Shown in pieces: positions 1 to 9,887 of a DNA stretch of 41,674 bases. Positions within the stretch are counted from its first letter, which is position 1. The number at the start of each line of letters is the position of its first letter. This DNA comes from Spirochaetia bacterium. Lineage in GTDB: Bacteria; Spirochaetota; Spirochaetia; CADAEX01. A program made the position numbers and the translations under genes. Where the stretch lies: positions 1-41,674 of the forward strand of contig CAXXHA010000012.1 in the NCBI GenBank assembly GCA_963662265.2, in the 5' to 3' direction. The notes below the pieces were generated by a model. The model had not been told where the DNA came from and did no database searches. It saw only the letters and a list, made by a program, of their open reading frames with translations.

Positions 1-44
1 TGCTTCTTGTTGAGTTCTGATTTAAGTTTTGTAATATCAAACAT
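1..44 (-). CDS. 5' fragment of a gene running off the window edge (MFDITKLKSELNKK...)
   Basis: ATG at 44-42, 5 nt after the stop of the 50..535 gene; open to the window edge; too short to assign. Confidence 0.45.
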   Translation of the reverse strand, partial: MFDITKLKSELNKK

Positions 45-49
45 TTATT

Positions 50-535
50 TTAAAGATTCACCTTTTTAGTAAGAAATGAAAATGTTTCAATTCCGAGATA
101 TGATATAAGGGTAACTATAAGACCTGAAATCATTACGCCGGCGATTACAGCAGGTATGGTTTTTCTTTTCTGCATCCCAAGTACCCATGCCCCGACAGTT
201 CCTGTGTATGCTCCTGTTATAGGGAGGGGGACTGCTACAAAGAGCATTATTCCCAGGTACCCGTATTTATCTACTTTATCTTTTATTTTATTTCTTGCAC
301 TTGTTATGAAGTTCTCAAAGAAATTTTTGTACCAGCTGAAACGGATAAACAGCCTGTGCAGTGTCGATATGAAGATATAGAAAAGAGGACCTACAAGTGC
401 ATTGAATGCAACACAGTAAATATAGGCAAAAAGGGGAGGTATGCTGTTTGCCGCCATATACGGGATAGCCCCCCTCAGTTCAGAGACTGGCAGAAGTGAT
501 AAAAGTGCTGAGACAAATAGTATATGATTCTCCAA
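50..535 (-). CDS. Putative small multidrug export family membrane protein (COG2426-like)
   Basis: Motifs P-x-x-ELRGAIP and FVAVPLPITGAYTG; about 4 hydrophobic segments; GGAG RBS upstream of a TTG start. Confidence 0.85.
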   Translation of the reverse strand: MENHILFVSALLSLLPVSELRGAIPYMAANSIPPLFAYIYCVAFNALVGPLFYIFISTLHRLFIRFSWYKNFFENFITSARNKIKDKVDKYGYLGIMLFVAVPLPITGAYTGTVGAWVLGMQKRKTIPAVIAGVMISGLIVTLISYLGIETFSFLTKKVNL

Positions 536-717
536 AATATAATCTCCATGGTTTGTTTTAAATATTTATCATGATATCGGCATCTCTGCTGATCAGAAGT
601 CAACTAAGTAAATTCCGGTCTGAAGAGATATCATATTATTACGGAATTATGCTTCATAATATTGTGATGTCAGTCATGTGTCTACAGTTTTCAAAAATAT
701 TAATATAATCTTAAGAT

Positions 718-1845
718 TTAGAATATCTTTCTTTTGATAAATATTGCGTCTGCAGGGCATACCTCATGACAGCAGTAGCATCTTATACATTTTTTATGGT
801 TTATTTCAACTTTTTTATCCCTGTTTTTTGAAAAAGAAAGAGCATCTGCAGGACAGATTTTTATACAGTCTCCGCATTTTATACAGCTGCTGTGATCAAA
901 TACCGGTTTCTTGACAGTTATGTTTTTCACAGCTCTGAACAGGAAACCCGGCATTCTGTCCCGGAACATTGATATATCTTTGAGAATTTTTATTCTTTTG
1001 AAATTTTCGAAAACAGGTTCAGATTCAAAATCACCGTTTACAGTGTAGTCATCTGATGATTCCAACCATTTTCCTGATTCAAGAGCTTTTACTAAAAGAG
1101 GCATTTCATCTGGATTATACCCCATTATTTTTGCGGCAGCTGTATCTATCGCAAGGATGTTTGAGGAGGCCAGTACAATTCCTGTCTCCTTCGGGTACCC
1201 GTTCCCCGGGCCCGGTCCCTCCATGGATACAATCCCGTCCATTAATGTGAATACCGGCATTACAGCAGTATTCAGGTCTGTAATCATCTGTGCAAAATTA
1301 TTTCTGTCCGGAAACCTGAGGTGAAACTGTGATTTCATCAGGCCTGGAATAAGGCCGAAAAGGTTTTTCATCCCTGCTGTAAAGTATAAAAGCTGGTGGG
1401 TCTTCATCTTCGGAAGAGATACAACAGCATCAACTTTTTTAAGGATCTCGGCTGCCTGGAATTTTTTTACAAGTTTTCCTTCCGGGTTATCAAGATCTGC
1501 AGAAACAGAAAAATCTGTCCACTCAGCCCCTGAAGACACAGCTGCTTCCCTGATTCCGGATTTTCTCCCTGCATAATCTGTAGACTGAAAACCGGGGGAG
1601 TCTCCTGCATATATTTTTTCTGCTCCAAGCTCAAAGAACAGCCTGACCGCCTGCCTGACAAATTCGGGGTGAGTGCATACTGCCTTTTCAGGAGGGGAAC
1701 CTGACAGGACATTCGGCTTTAAAAGCAGCTTTTTCCCCTTTACATCAAATCCTCCGGATTTTTCATATGCTTTTTTTATCGCATTATAGACTGAATCAGG
1801 GGAATATGATCCGCATTTTACTATTGAGACAGTATTACTACCCAT
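718..1845 (-). CDS. DUF362 domain protein with C-terminal 2x[4Fe-4S] ferredoxin domain
   Basis: LLKPN, CTHPE, PKMKTH, KNLFG and MEGPGP motifs; two CxxCxxCxxxCP motifs. Start moved from 1932 to ATG 1845 (AAGGA RBS; the longer ORF crosses a terminator hairpin). Confidence 0.85.
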   Translation of the reverse strand: MGSNTVSIVKCGSYSPDSVYNAIKKAYEKSGGFDVKGKKLLLKPNVLSGSPPEKAVCTHPEFVRQAVRLFFELGAEKIYAGDSPGFQSTDYAGRKSGIREAAVSSGAEWTDFSVSADLDNPEGKLVKKFQAAEILKKVDAVVSLPKMKTHQLLYFTAGMKNLFGLIPGLMKSQFHLRFPDRNNFAQMITDLNTAVMPVFTLMDGIVSMEGPGPGNGYPKETGIVLASSNILAIDTAAAKIMGYNPDEMPLLVKALESGKWLESSDDYTVNGDFESEPVFENFKRIKILKDISMFRDRMPGFLFRAVKNITVKKPVFDHSSCIKCGDCIKICPADALSFSKNRDKKVEINHKKCIRCYCCHEVCPADAIFIKRKIF

Positions 1846-1861
1846 TTTATTTCCTTGAACA

Positions 1862-1893
1862 AGCAAAAATAAAAGGGGGATATTTCCCCCTTT
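1862..1893 (-). terminator. Rho-independent terminator after the 2006..3946 gene
   Basis: AAAGGGGGA-tatt-TCCCCCTTT 9-bp stem followed by a T-rich tract on the minus strand. Confidence 0.7.
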
Positions 1894-2005
1894 CACAGAA
1901 TATATCAAAACATATTTATTATTAATTCTCAATCACAGGCTGCATATTAAAAACATGTTGAAATCATCAGCCTGCCTGTGAAAACCGGTAACAGGAATCA
2001 GTACA

Positions 2006-3946
2006 TCAGAAAAAATAACCTGCCCCGATACCTATACCCATATCAGTTATTTTTTCCAGAGGTCCCCCTGCAAAAGCCGAAAGACTGAACCTGTTGATAG
2101 CTATGCTGTAATGGAAAGCCCCGACAAGTGTGTCAAACATTGGAAAAACCAGTACAGAATAATTATGAATGAGTTTGTCAGGGTCTTTTGTATGGGCAAC
2201 TGAAAGCATTGGTGCTCCCCCCTCCTGGAAGACTACTAACTTTAATCCCCCGTAGAAATTGCCTGCTATCTTCCGAAGAGCCCCTCCCCCCGCATAGATC
2301 TGTGTATTGTCTTCCTCATCCCTGAGCGAAAACATGAGACCTGTTTCTGCAGGGAAAAGCCATTTGTCTTTGTCTTCCTCTTTTACAATTTCTCCGCTGC
2401 CTCCCAGGTTGTACCCGTATCCGAGAAGCAGTTCAAATGTGGAACTGGCAAGCATCTGATCGTAATCCTTGCCATCGTCAACATCAAAGAAGCTGTATTC
2501 AAGTATGTTCATGTTGGTATACCTGAGTCCTGCAGTTAAAACATGTCTCCCTTTTTTGTATCCGTATTCAAGCCCCATTATCATTTCGATATCCTGGTCT
2601 CTTACATCGACATGTGTGAAATCAGCAGGATCAAATTTATAATCAAAAAGACCTCCTGCTTTATCAACCTTGAAAAATCCGGGGCCCATATACATGCTTA
2701 ACCTGTGATTGTTAAACTGTTTTGTCAGCTTGAGAAGCACAGGGATTTCCATGATTTTAATGTAATTATCAAAATCAGTCCCTTTTTGATAAAATATTTC
2801 CTTGTAGTTGAATTCTGTCTGTAGATAGAGATTTCTGAACAGCTGATACTGTATGTTTACACCGAATACCGGAGACGGGTGTTTTTCATCATTCCATTTA
2901 TATTCATCAATCGGGTCATAGGGGCTGTCTTCCTTTGTATTCTCGTCATCATAGTTTCTTTTTGTAATATCGCCTATATTGACCCCCATTGCAGCCCCTA
3001 TAATAAACTCTCTTGTCCCCTGTTTTGAAAGTTCCACCAGGTTTGCTTCCCATTCTGCCCGTCTGTTCCTGTATTTCTCTCTGAGCTCAAGGAGTGTCAG
3101 ATTATAATCCGCATTTGTGAAGATTGAATCAAGCTCATTGAAAGCTCTGGCAACTTTATCTTTTCTTTTAAGCCTGTCCCAGTTTTTTTCTATGATTTTA
3201 TCATAATCTTTTATAATTTCTGTTTCAGCCGGAAGGAGATGAGGTATTTCAAATGATACATCTGTAATGCTGTTTTCCCTGATAATGACTTCTTCTGTAT
3301 GTATAACAGTTTCTCCGGTCATTCTCACCTGCCTGATTTCGACAGTTCTTTTTCCGATGAGAAGATTATCAATATTGGCGGAATCCTTGTTAAAAGGCTC
3401 TCCGTCAATATACGGGAAAAATGATCCTTCGACCCCTGTATTCTCAAGATGAATTTTCCCGAAAGCTATATGCATACCGCTGAATTCCTCGATAATTGCT
3501 GCTGTAAGGCTGTCGGATGCTTCAAAAATATCAAGGGCTGTTTCTGCCCTTCCTATCTTTGTAAGTACTGTCTGCTCTTTTTCCCTGCTGAAAACAGACA
3601 TTTCAATTACAAACGAATAGTCGCTTCCTATATATGTTTTTCCGTAAACAAGGTTGTCGATGTTTTTCGAGTTGCAGTAATCAAGCATTGATCCTGCTGT
3701 ATCATCAATACCGGCTATTTCTTCAGAGGTTTCAAGTTCATACTGGTTCATGAATTTAAGAACAAGCTCGGTACTTCCTGTAACTCTGTCTGATATTACT
3801 TTAAGCTGGACATTTTCAGGATCGGTAACTGTCAGCTGTTTTACAGCTATTCTCGGTTTCACAGCATTTTCCTGTCCCTGTACTGAGAATGTGAGAATAA
3901 CCAGAAATAATATTATGATAGATGAAAACCTGCCTGTATTTTTCAT
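2006..3946 (-). CDS. Exported multidomain protein with probable outer-membrane beta-barrel C-terminus and PEGA-like central segment
   Basis: Signal peptide (...FSVQG-QE); YIDG...LLIGKRTVEI resembles PEGA; alternating beta-strand pattern (EIPVLLK, LGYGYNL); ends in GYFF, a beta-signal-like terminal Phe. Confidence 0.6.
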   Translation of the reverse strand: MKNTGRFSSIIILFLVILTFSVQGQENAVKPRIAVKQLTVTDPENVQLKVISDRVTGSTELVLKFMNQYELETSEEIAGIDDTAGSMLDYCNSKNIDNLVYGKTYIGSDYSFVIEMSVFSREKEQTVLTKIGRAETALDIFEASDSLTAAIIEEFSGMHIAFGKIHLENTGVEGSFFPYIDGEPFNKDSANIDNLLIGKRTVEIRQVRMTGETVIHTEEVIIRENSITDVSFEIPHLLPAETEIIKDYDKIIEKNWDRLKRKDKVARAFNELDSIFTNADYNLTLLELREKYRNRRAEWEANLVELSKQGTREFIIGAAMGVNIGDITKRNYDDENTKEDSPYDPIDEYKWNDEKHPSPVFGVNIQYQLFRNLYLQTEFNYKEIFYQKGTDFDNYIKIMEIPVLLKLTKQFNNHRLSMYMGPGFFKVDKAGGLFDYKFDPADFTHVDVRDQDIEMIMGLEYGYKKGRHVLTAGLRYTNMNILEYSFFDVDDGKDYDQMLASSTFELLLGYGYNLGGSGEIVKEEDKDKWLFPAETGLMFSLRDEEDNTQIYAGGGALRKIAGNFYGGLKLVVFQEGGAPMLSVAHTKDPDKLIHNYSVLVFPMFDTLVGAFHYSIAINRFSLSAFAGGPLEKITDMGIGIGAGYFF

Positions 3947-4770
3947 GAATTACCCCTGTTGTTTTTTTCAATTATAGTGTAAAAAATCGGTCCTGCAAAA
4001 GGTTTTTTATCAGGCCACAGTTTTTTTCCGAATTCAGTATTTTCTCCTTTCAGAAGGCCTGAATTTCCACTGGCAGTGTTATCATCTTCTTTTATAACAC
4101 TGAATAATCCTTCCCGCTTCCTGAAAAGCTTTTCAATTATCATATCATTCTCATAATCAGAAATAGAACAGGTGGAATAGACAATCCTGCCTCCCGGTTT
4201 TACAGCCTCAAGGGCAGAGGCAAGCATTGCAAACTGTCTCTCGGCAAGCCTCTTTGTACGGGAACAGCTCCACTTATCCATATGGGGCGGGGAATTGAAG
4301 ACATGTCTTTCAGACGAACATGGAGCATCAAGCAGTACGCTGTCGTATATGTTTTTTTCATATACACCCCATTTTGCAGCATCATGCCCTGTAATTGTAA
4401 CTGTTGAGGCGAGTTCTGCGGGGAGGTGTTCCTCTATAACTTTTTTCAGCCGCCCCCTCCTGTCAGGTGACCTGTCGTTTGCAGTTATTGAACCGCTTTT
4501 CCCGTTTTTAAGCGCGATAAGAAGGGTTTTTCCTCCCGGGGCTGCGCACATGTCGAGTATAGTCATTCCCTGTTCAATTTTAAGTGCTTCGACAGGATAG
4601 AGCGATGCTTCATCCATGTAATAAGGCTTTAAAAGACCGTCAGACAGGGTGTAGTATGACGGCTCATTGAGAAAGCTTTTTTTAAGCTGCTCCCATCTTT
4701 CTCCATGCATTTCCGAATAAAATCTATCAAAATCTTCTAAACTGTTTTTTCTGTTTTTCTTTTTCTTCAA
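3943..4770 (-). CDS. RsmB/RsmF/NOP2-family RNA cytosine-C5 methyltransferase
   Basis: DMCAAPGGKT, DAPCS and YSTCS motifs; 4-nt overlap with the downstream gene. Confidence 0.9.
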   Translation of the reverse strand: MKKKKNRKNSLEDFDRFYSEMHGERWEQLKKSFLNEPSYYTLSDGLLKPYYMDEASLYPVEALKIEQGMTILDMCAAPGGKTLLIALKNGKSGSITANDRSPDRRGRLKKVIEEHLPAELASTVTITGHDAAKWGVYEKNIYDSVLLDAPCSSERHVFNSPPHMDKWSCSRTKRLAERQFAMLASALEAVKPGGRIVYSTCSISDYENDMIIEKLFRKREGLFSVIKEDDNTASGNSGLLKGENTEFGKKLWPDKKPFAGPIFYTIIEKNNRGNS

Positions 4771-4868
4771 TTCTCACCCTTTGTTTCTGATGCTTTCACA
4801 GCAGTAGAAATATTTAAACATATTATATAGTATTATTTCTGTAAAAATGAAGACGGAGTAGTAAATTA

Positions 4869-5522
4869 ATGAATTTTGATGCAGTAATTTTTGATCTTGA
4901 TGGTACGCTTATAGATACACAGTATGATATATGGCTTTATCTGAATAAGGTTCTTGAGGCGCATAACTGTCCTCCTGTTGATTATGACAATGTCAGCAGA
5001 ATAGTGGGGTGGGGGCTGCAGGATGCTGTTTACAAGGCTCTTCCTGAAGAACTTAAAAATAATGAGAAGATTGTTTCTGATTATACAGATGAGCTGATTA
5101 AAGCCTATGCTGAAGAGCCTGTAGTAAAGTCGGCATTTTATCCGGGAATGGAGGAACTGCTTGAGGAGATTGGTAAAAGAAACATAAAGATGGGAGTTTT
5201 TTCCAACAAGGCCCATCCTGTTACTTCAAAAATCGCTGATATCCTTTTCAGGGGAAAATATTTTTCAAATGTCAGGGGGGCAGTAGAGGGAACTCCCAAG
5301 AAACCGAATCCTGACGGTGCATATATTGTGGCAGAGGCCCTGGGTGTTGATATGGAAAGAGTACTCTATGTAGGTGATTCAGATGTTGACCACAAGACTG
5401 CGGTAAACGCGGGTATGTTTTCGGTGAGTGTATTATGGGGATACAGAAGCAAAGAGCAGCTTGAAGAGGCCGGAGCTGTTAATTTTATTGAAAAACCGGA
5501 AGAATTACTGAAATATCTGTAA
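4869..5522 (+). CDS. gph: HAD-family hydrolase, phosphoglycolate phosphatase-like
   Basis: FDLDGTLIDT, SNK, KPNP and VGDSDVD HAD motifs. Confidence 0.8.
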   Translation: MNFDAVIFDLDGTLIDTQYDIWLYLNKVLEAHNCPPVDYDNVSRIVGWGLQDAVYKALPEELKNNEKIVSDYTDELIKAYAEEPVVKSAFYPGMEELLEEIGKRNIKMGVFSNKAHPVTSKIADILFRGKYFSNVRGAVEGTPKKPNPDGAYIVAEALGVDMERVLYVGDSDVDHKTAVNAGMFSVSVLWGYRSKEQLEEAGAVNFIEKPEELLKYL

Positions 5523-5576
5523 AAGTATTTTTAGTTTTTGTAAAAAAGTTATTATATAATATCAGTTAAGGGGAAA

Positions 5577-7310
5577 GTGATGGATAACAATGAATTAATA
5601 AAAATTGCGGAAGAATATACAGGACTGGAACGGAATGAGTCTTTCAGATCTGAAGTAACAGAGCTGATAAAAAACAACGAATTTGATGAGCTTAATGACC
5701 GGTTTTTCAAACAGCTGGATTTCGGCACAGGCGGGATAAGAGGTGTGATAGGGGGAGGATACAACAGGATAAACCCCTATATTATTCAGAAGACAACACA
5801 GGGTCTTGCCAATTATATTAATACTGCTGTTGAAAACGGGAAAGGATCTGTTGTTATAGGTTATGATTCAAGAAGATATTCAGACCTTTTTGCAAAAGAG
5901 GCTGCCCTTGTCCTTTGTGCAAACAATATAAAGGTTTATCTTTTTACATCGCTGAGGCCGACTCCTGAAATATCATTTGCCATCAGGCAGCTTGGAAGTA
6001 CAGCAGGTATTGTGCTTACTGCAAGCCATAATCCAGCGGAATACAATGGATATAAAGTTTCATGGTCAGACGGAGGTCAGATTGTAGCTCCCCATGACAA
6101 ACTGATTATTGAAGAGGTAAAAAAGGCTTCTGAAATCAGCATGATGAGTGAAGAGGATGCAGTTGCAAAAGGTCTCCTTGAATATATTGATTCTGAAGTG
6201 GATGAAAAATACCTTGAAATGGTTAAAAACTGTTTTATAAGGAAAGACCTTGTCAGGGAAAAGGGCAGGGAACTAAAAATTGTATATACACCTCTTCACG
6301 GCGCAGGGAGAGTTCCTGTTGAGAAGGCTCTTTCTGAAGCAGGGATTGATGTGATTACTGTTCCTGAACAGGCTGAACCTGACGGTAATTTCCCGACAGT
6401 TGAATTCCCGAATCCCGAGGAAGCATCTGCAATGAAAATGGCAGTTGATCTTGCCAAAAAGGAAAAGGCAGACCTTGTAATGGGAACAGACCCCGATTCA
6501 GACAGAATAGGAATTGCTGTTCCTTCAGGAAAAGGTGATGAATATGTCCTTATCAACGGAAATCAGTTAGGCTCTATGCTTGCACATTACATACTATCAT
6601 CTCTTGATGAGTCCGGTAAAATTCCGGAAAAAGGGGCTGTTGTCAAGACAATTGTTACAACAGAACTCCAGAGAAAAATAGGGGCGAGTTTCGGTGTAAG
6701 AGTATATGATGTACTGACCGGCTTTAAATGGATTGCAAAGCTGATTGCTGATTTTGAGAAGACAGGGGAGAAATATATTTTCGGAGGAGAAGAAAGCTAC
6801 GGATTTCTTGTTTCCGACAAGGTGAGAGACAAAGATGCTGTATCTGCTGCAGCCCTGACCGCTGAAATGGCTCTTTATAATTTTGCTGAAGGGCGATCAG
6901 TGCTTGAATACCTTGATTCCATATATGAAGAATACGGGTATTACAAAGAGGGACTGATTTCCAAGACTTTTAAAGGGGAGAAGGGGCTTAAAATAATGAG
7001 CTCCCTCATGGAAAACCTGAGAAACAACCCTCCTGAAACACTCGGAGGAATCAGAACTGATGAAGTAAGGGATTATGAAAAAGATGTTGTCCGCGAGGGG
7101 CTTACTCTTCCCAGATCCAATGTGCTTCAGTATTCTCTTGAAGACGGAAGTCTCGTTACTGTAAGGCCTTCGGGAACCGAGCCTAAAATAAAGTTTTATA
7201 TTTCATGCTGTGAAGAGGCAGACATGGGACTTGATACAGCCAGGGAAAAAGCAGACAGAAAAGTGTCTGAAATTACTGAAGATATTGATAAGATAATTTC
7301 TAAACTATAA
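5577..7310 (+). CDS. pgm: Phosphoglucomutase / phosphomannomutase
   Basis: FGTGGIRG, TASHNP, DPDSDR, GGEES and RPSGTEPKIK motifs. Confidence 0.93.
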   Translation: MMDNNELIKIAEEYTGLERNESFRSEVTELIKNNEFDELNDRFFKQLDFGTGGIRGVIGGGYNRINPYIIQKTTQGLANYINTAVENGKGSVVIGYDSRRYSDLFAKEAALVLCANNIKVYLFTSLRPTPEISFAIRQLGSTAGIVLTASHNPAEYNGYKVSWSDGGQIVAPHDKLIIEEVKKASEISMMSEEDAVAKGLLEYIDSEVDEKYLEMVKNCFIRKDLVREKGRELKIVYTPLHGAGRVPVEKALSEAGIDVITVPEQAEPDGNFPTVEFPNPEEASAMKMAVDLAKKEKADLVMGTDPDSDRIGIAVPSGKGDEYVLINGNQLGSMLAHYILSSLDESGKIPEKGAVVKTIVTTELQRKIGASFGVRVYDVLTGFKWIAKLIADFEKTGEKYIFGGEESYGFLVSDKVRDKDAVSAAALTAEMALYNFAEGRSVLEYLDSIYEEYGYYKEGLISKTFKGEKGLKIMSSLMENLRNNPPETLGGIRTDEVRDYEKDVVREGLTLPRSNVLQYSLEDGSLVTVRPSGTEPKIKFYISCCEEADMGLDTAREKADRKVSEITEDIDKIISKL

Positions 7311-7329
7311 TAATTTGCAGGAGAAGAAT

Positions 7330-7590
7330 ATGGAAGCGGGCCAATGGTTCAGAGAAAAAGTTTACAACAGCACTACAGGAAAAGAGGAATGGAAATATTA
7401 CTATATAACTGATATTCTTCCTGACAGCAAGACTGCTGAACTTAAAGTATATAAAATTGACAGCAGGGGTAAAGTTCTCGGACCCAGGGATACTACCGGC
7501 TATGCTGAACTTCTTGATCAGCTTACCAAAGTATCGGAGGAATATGCCTGTTCAGTGCTGAAAATCCAGCCTCCTGAGCCTCTTGTATAG
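7330..7590 (+). CDS. Small hypothetical protein
   Basis: ATG 7330 preceded by GGAGAAG; genome-typical codons; no recognisable motif. Confidence 0.65.
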   Translation: MEAGQWFREKVYNSTTGKEEWKYYYITDILPDSKTAELKVYKIDSRGKVLGPRDTTGYAELLDQLTKVSEEYACSVLKIQPPEPLV

Positions 7591-7673
7591 AATAATTATT
7601 TTGCGGATATTTTTATCGGGTAATGTTACCTGATTTCTTTTGAATATAAAAAACAGTCTTTCTTTTTGAAATG

Positions 7674-7715
7674 AACCCCTTCTATTGGATTTTAATCTGA
7701 TAGAAGGGGTTTTTT
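7674..7715. terminator. Long hairpin between convergent genes; probable terminator, possibly an IS3-family end remnant
   Basis: AACCCCTTCTAT...ATAGAAGGGGTT 12-bp perfect stem, extendable with G-U pairs, followed by a T run. Confidence 0.7.
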
Positions 7716-7781
7716 ATGCAGCCTTCTGATTTCCAGGTATTTGATTAAATACTTGTATATCCAGAGGCTTTAAGCGTATTT

Positions 7782-8969
7782 TTACTGGTGCTGGACCCAG
7801 AAATCCCTTACTTTTACAATATTCCTGTAAAGCCAGTCAGGGTCTTCATAATATACATTATCGCCAAGTTCCGGCTGGTCTGCAGGCTGGGGAAAATCTG
7901 TCCTGGGGCTCCAGTTTCCGACAACATGGTACGGTTCATATCCAGCATAATTCTCTTTATCATGAGCTCCCATCATCCATCTTAAAAGAAGCTTTGCACC
8001 TGCAGGGTTTTTTGACCCCTTTACTATTGCTACAGATGTAGTTGTCTTGAGTCCCATTTTAGGTTTTAGATCTTTGATGATATCTGCACTCAGACCGTCA
8101 TCCACAATAGTCCTGATTTTTGAGAGGCTTACTATACCTACAGGAGGATGCTCTTCACTTGTAGATGCAACTGCTGCTATTACAGCATCAGATCCTGCCT
8201 GTAATACCAGTTCATTTGCAAGAATTCTTTTTATGAATTCATATCCGGCGTTTTCACACCCTTCACTTAAGACAAGATCTTCACCGAATTCCTCTTTATA
8301 GGTTCTTTCCATTGCTTCTGAATCTTTTACAAATGATGCGAAAACACTAAGTTCTGTACCTGATTTGGCAGGATCCTTGGCAACAATTCTACCTTTCCAT
8401 TCAGGTCTTGTAAGGTCCCACCATGAATCGATCGGAGGCTCTTCGTTCAGTGCTGTATTGTAGAGTACTCCCTTGCATCCATAGTGATGTACTGCAAGCG
8501 GCTGTTTTTTTGCATCTTCAGTTAAAAATTCTTCAAGATCTGTAGGAATGAATTTGTAAAGCATACCCTCTGCTGCAAATTCGTTATAAAGGTCTGGAAT
8601 ATTGTCAACCATGACAAGATCTGCATGATAAATACCTGATTCCTGTTCTCTTCTCAGCTTGTCGAGAAGGTCGGGGGTTCCCATATCATTGGGTTCAATT
8701 TTAATTTTATATTTATTATAAAAAGATCTGGCATATTCAAAAACCCTTGAGGAGTTTGAATAGACAACAATTGCTTCCCCTTCATTTGCTTCTTTTTCTA
8801 TTTCTTCCCAGTCATCAGCTGCCGGCCTGTATTTTCCCAGACCTGCTTCTTTTTCCCATGTATCAACCCAGTCTCCTGAATCACTGTCTTCTGCTTTTCC
8901 TCCGGAAAATACAAATGCAGGGATCAGAATGAGGACTGCCATCATTAAGGTAAAATATTTTTTGTTCAT
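7782..8969 (-). CDS. ABC transporter substrate-binding protein (AfuA/PotD-like, Fe3+/polyamine/thiamine class)
   Basis: Signal peptide; YNT...P.SWWDL..PEWKG.I...DP..SG and K.SKNPAGAKL motifs; AGGAGG RBS. Confidence 0.8.
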   Translation of the reverse strand: MNKKYFTLMMAVLILIPAFVFSGGKAEDSDSGDWVDTWEKEAGLGKYRPAADDWEEIEKEANEGEAIVVYSNSSRVFEYARSFYNKYKIKIEPNDMGTPDLLDKLRREQESGIYHADLVMVDNIPDLYNEFAAEGMLYKFIPTDLEEFLTEDAKKQPLAVHHYGCKGVLYNTALNEEPPIDSWWDLTRPEWKGRIVAKDPAKSGTELSVFASFVKDSEAMERTYKEEFGEDLVLSEGCENAGYEFIKRILANELVLQAGSDAVIAAVASTSEEHPPVGIVSLSKIRTIVDDGLSADIIKDLKPKMGLKTTTSVAIVKGSKNPAGAKLLLRWMMGAHDKENYAGYEPYHVVGNWSPRTDFPQPADQPELGDNVYYEDPDWLYRNIVKVRDFWVQHQ

Positions 8970-9064
8970 TAATTTCCTCCTGATTCATTATTAAATGGAA
9001 TTCAAGAGCTGTCAAATAATTTTACATTTACAATGTGCGATGAAAGAAAAATTTCATAATAAGT

Positions 9065-9526
9065 TTATTTTTCATCTCCGATCAAATATGGAATTTTCAG
9101 GTTAAAAGATTTATAAACAATAAAAGTTTCAGAAACAGAAATCCCTTTTATTTTTGAAAGCTCGGTGCTGAGAAATTTTAAAAGATCATATTTCGTATCG
9201 AGATGTACATTTATGATAAAATCAAATCGTCCGGTAGTGACATTGACATTTATCACCCTGTTCAGCCTGCTGAGCTGTTCTCCTGTTTCAACATAATCAA
9301 GATGATCAACCTGTATTCCTATCATCACAATCTGATGTCCTTCCAGTTCTTCCGGATTTATTACTGTTGTAATATCTATGACGCCGGCCTCTTCCATTTT
9401 TCTGATTCTTGATTTAACTGTGTTCTCTGCAATTGAAAGATCATCTGCTATTTCCCTGAACGATTTTCTACCTTCCCGCAAGTGGGTAATGATTTTCTTG
9501 TTTATTTCATCTAGTACCAAAGGCAT
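9065..9526 (-). CDS. Lrp/AsnC family transcriptional regulator
   Basis: LDEINKKII..L.EGRKSFREIA..L.IAE.TV..RI..M HTH; TGRFD in the RAM domain; divergent from gcvT. Confidence 0.92.
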   Translation of the reverse strand: MPLVLDEINKKIITHLREGRKSFREIADDLSIAENTVKSRIRKMEEAGVIDITTVINPEELEGHQIVMIGIQVDHLDYVETGEQLSRLNRVINVNVTTGRFDFIINVHLDTKYDLLKFLSTELSKIKGISVSETFIVYKSFNLKIPYLIGDEK

Positions 9527-9731
9527 TTAATTACTCCTGCTATTTTCTGCTTTTCAGACAGGTTTGTATTATACTGAATTTATACCAAAAAACAGTGGTG
9601 GGTTTTCAGTATATATAATGTAGCATGAATGCAGGTATTCTGGAAATATTTGTTTTCAGGATGATAATATCATAAAAAAAATGTATTAAGAGTGATAAAA
9701 ATATCATAAATATATTGACTTGTTGATAATA

Positions 9732-9740
9732 TGATATAAT
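9732..9740 (+). promoter_or_regulatory. Extended -10 promoter candidate for gcvT
   Basis: TGATATAAT matches TGnTATAAT; TTGACT at 9715 has non-canonical spacing. Confidence 0.45.
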
Positions 9741-9887
9741 TATAATAGTTGTATAGCTGTACATCAGCATGCAGGATATTTAAAGGCAGATATTTTAGTT
9801 ATCAGAAATAATATATACGGGATATCAGTTGCAATGCATGCGAGTAAGTTGAAAAATAATAAACTGTTCTTAAAGGAGAATGGAATT

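Noticed and set aside
1846-1932. N-terminal extensions in the ORF track (also 9834-9887, 19508-19561, 26382-26399)
   Set aside because: Downstream starts have better RBSs and match family N-termini; the extensions overlap a terminator or neighbouring genes, or lack an RBS.
9750-9887. Possible glycine riboswitch upstream of gcvT
   Set aside because: I could not identify the paired GGAGA...CCGAAG...CTCTCAGG aptamer elements; the only GGAGA is the RBS.
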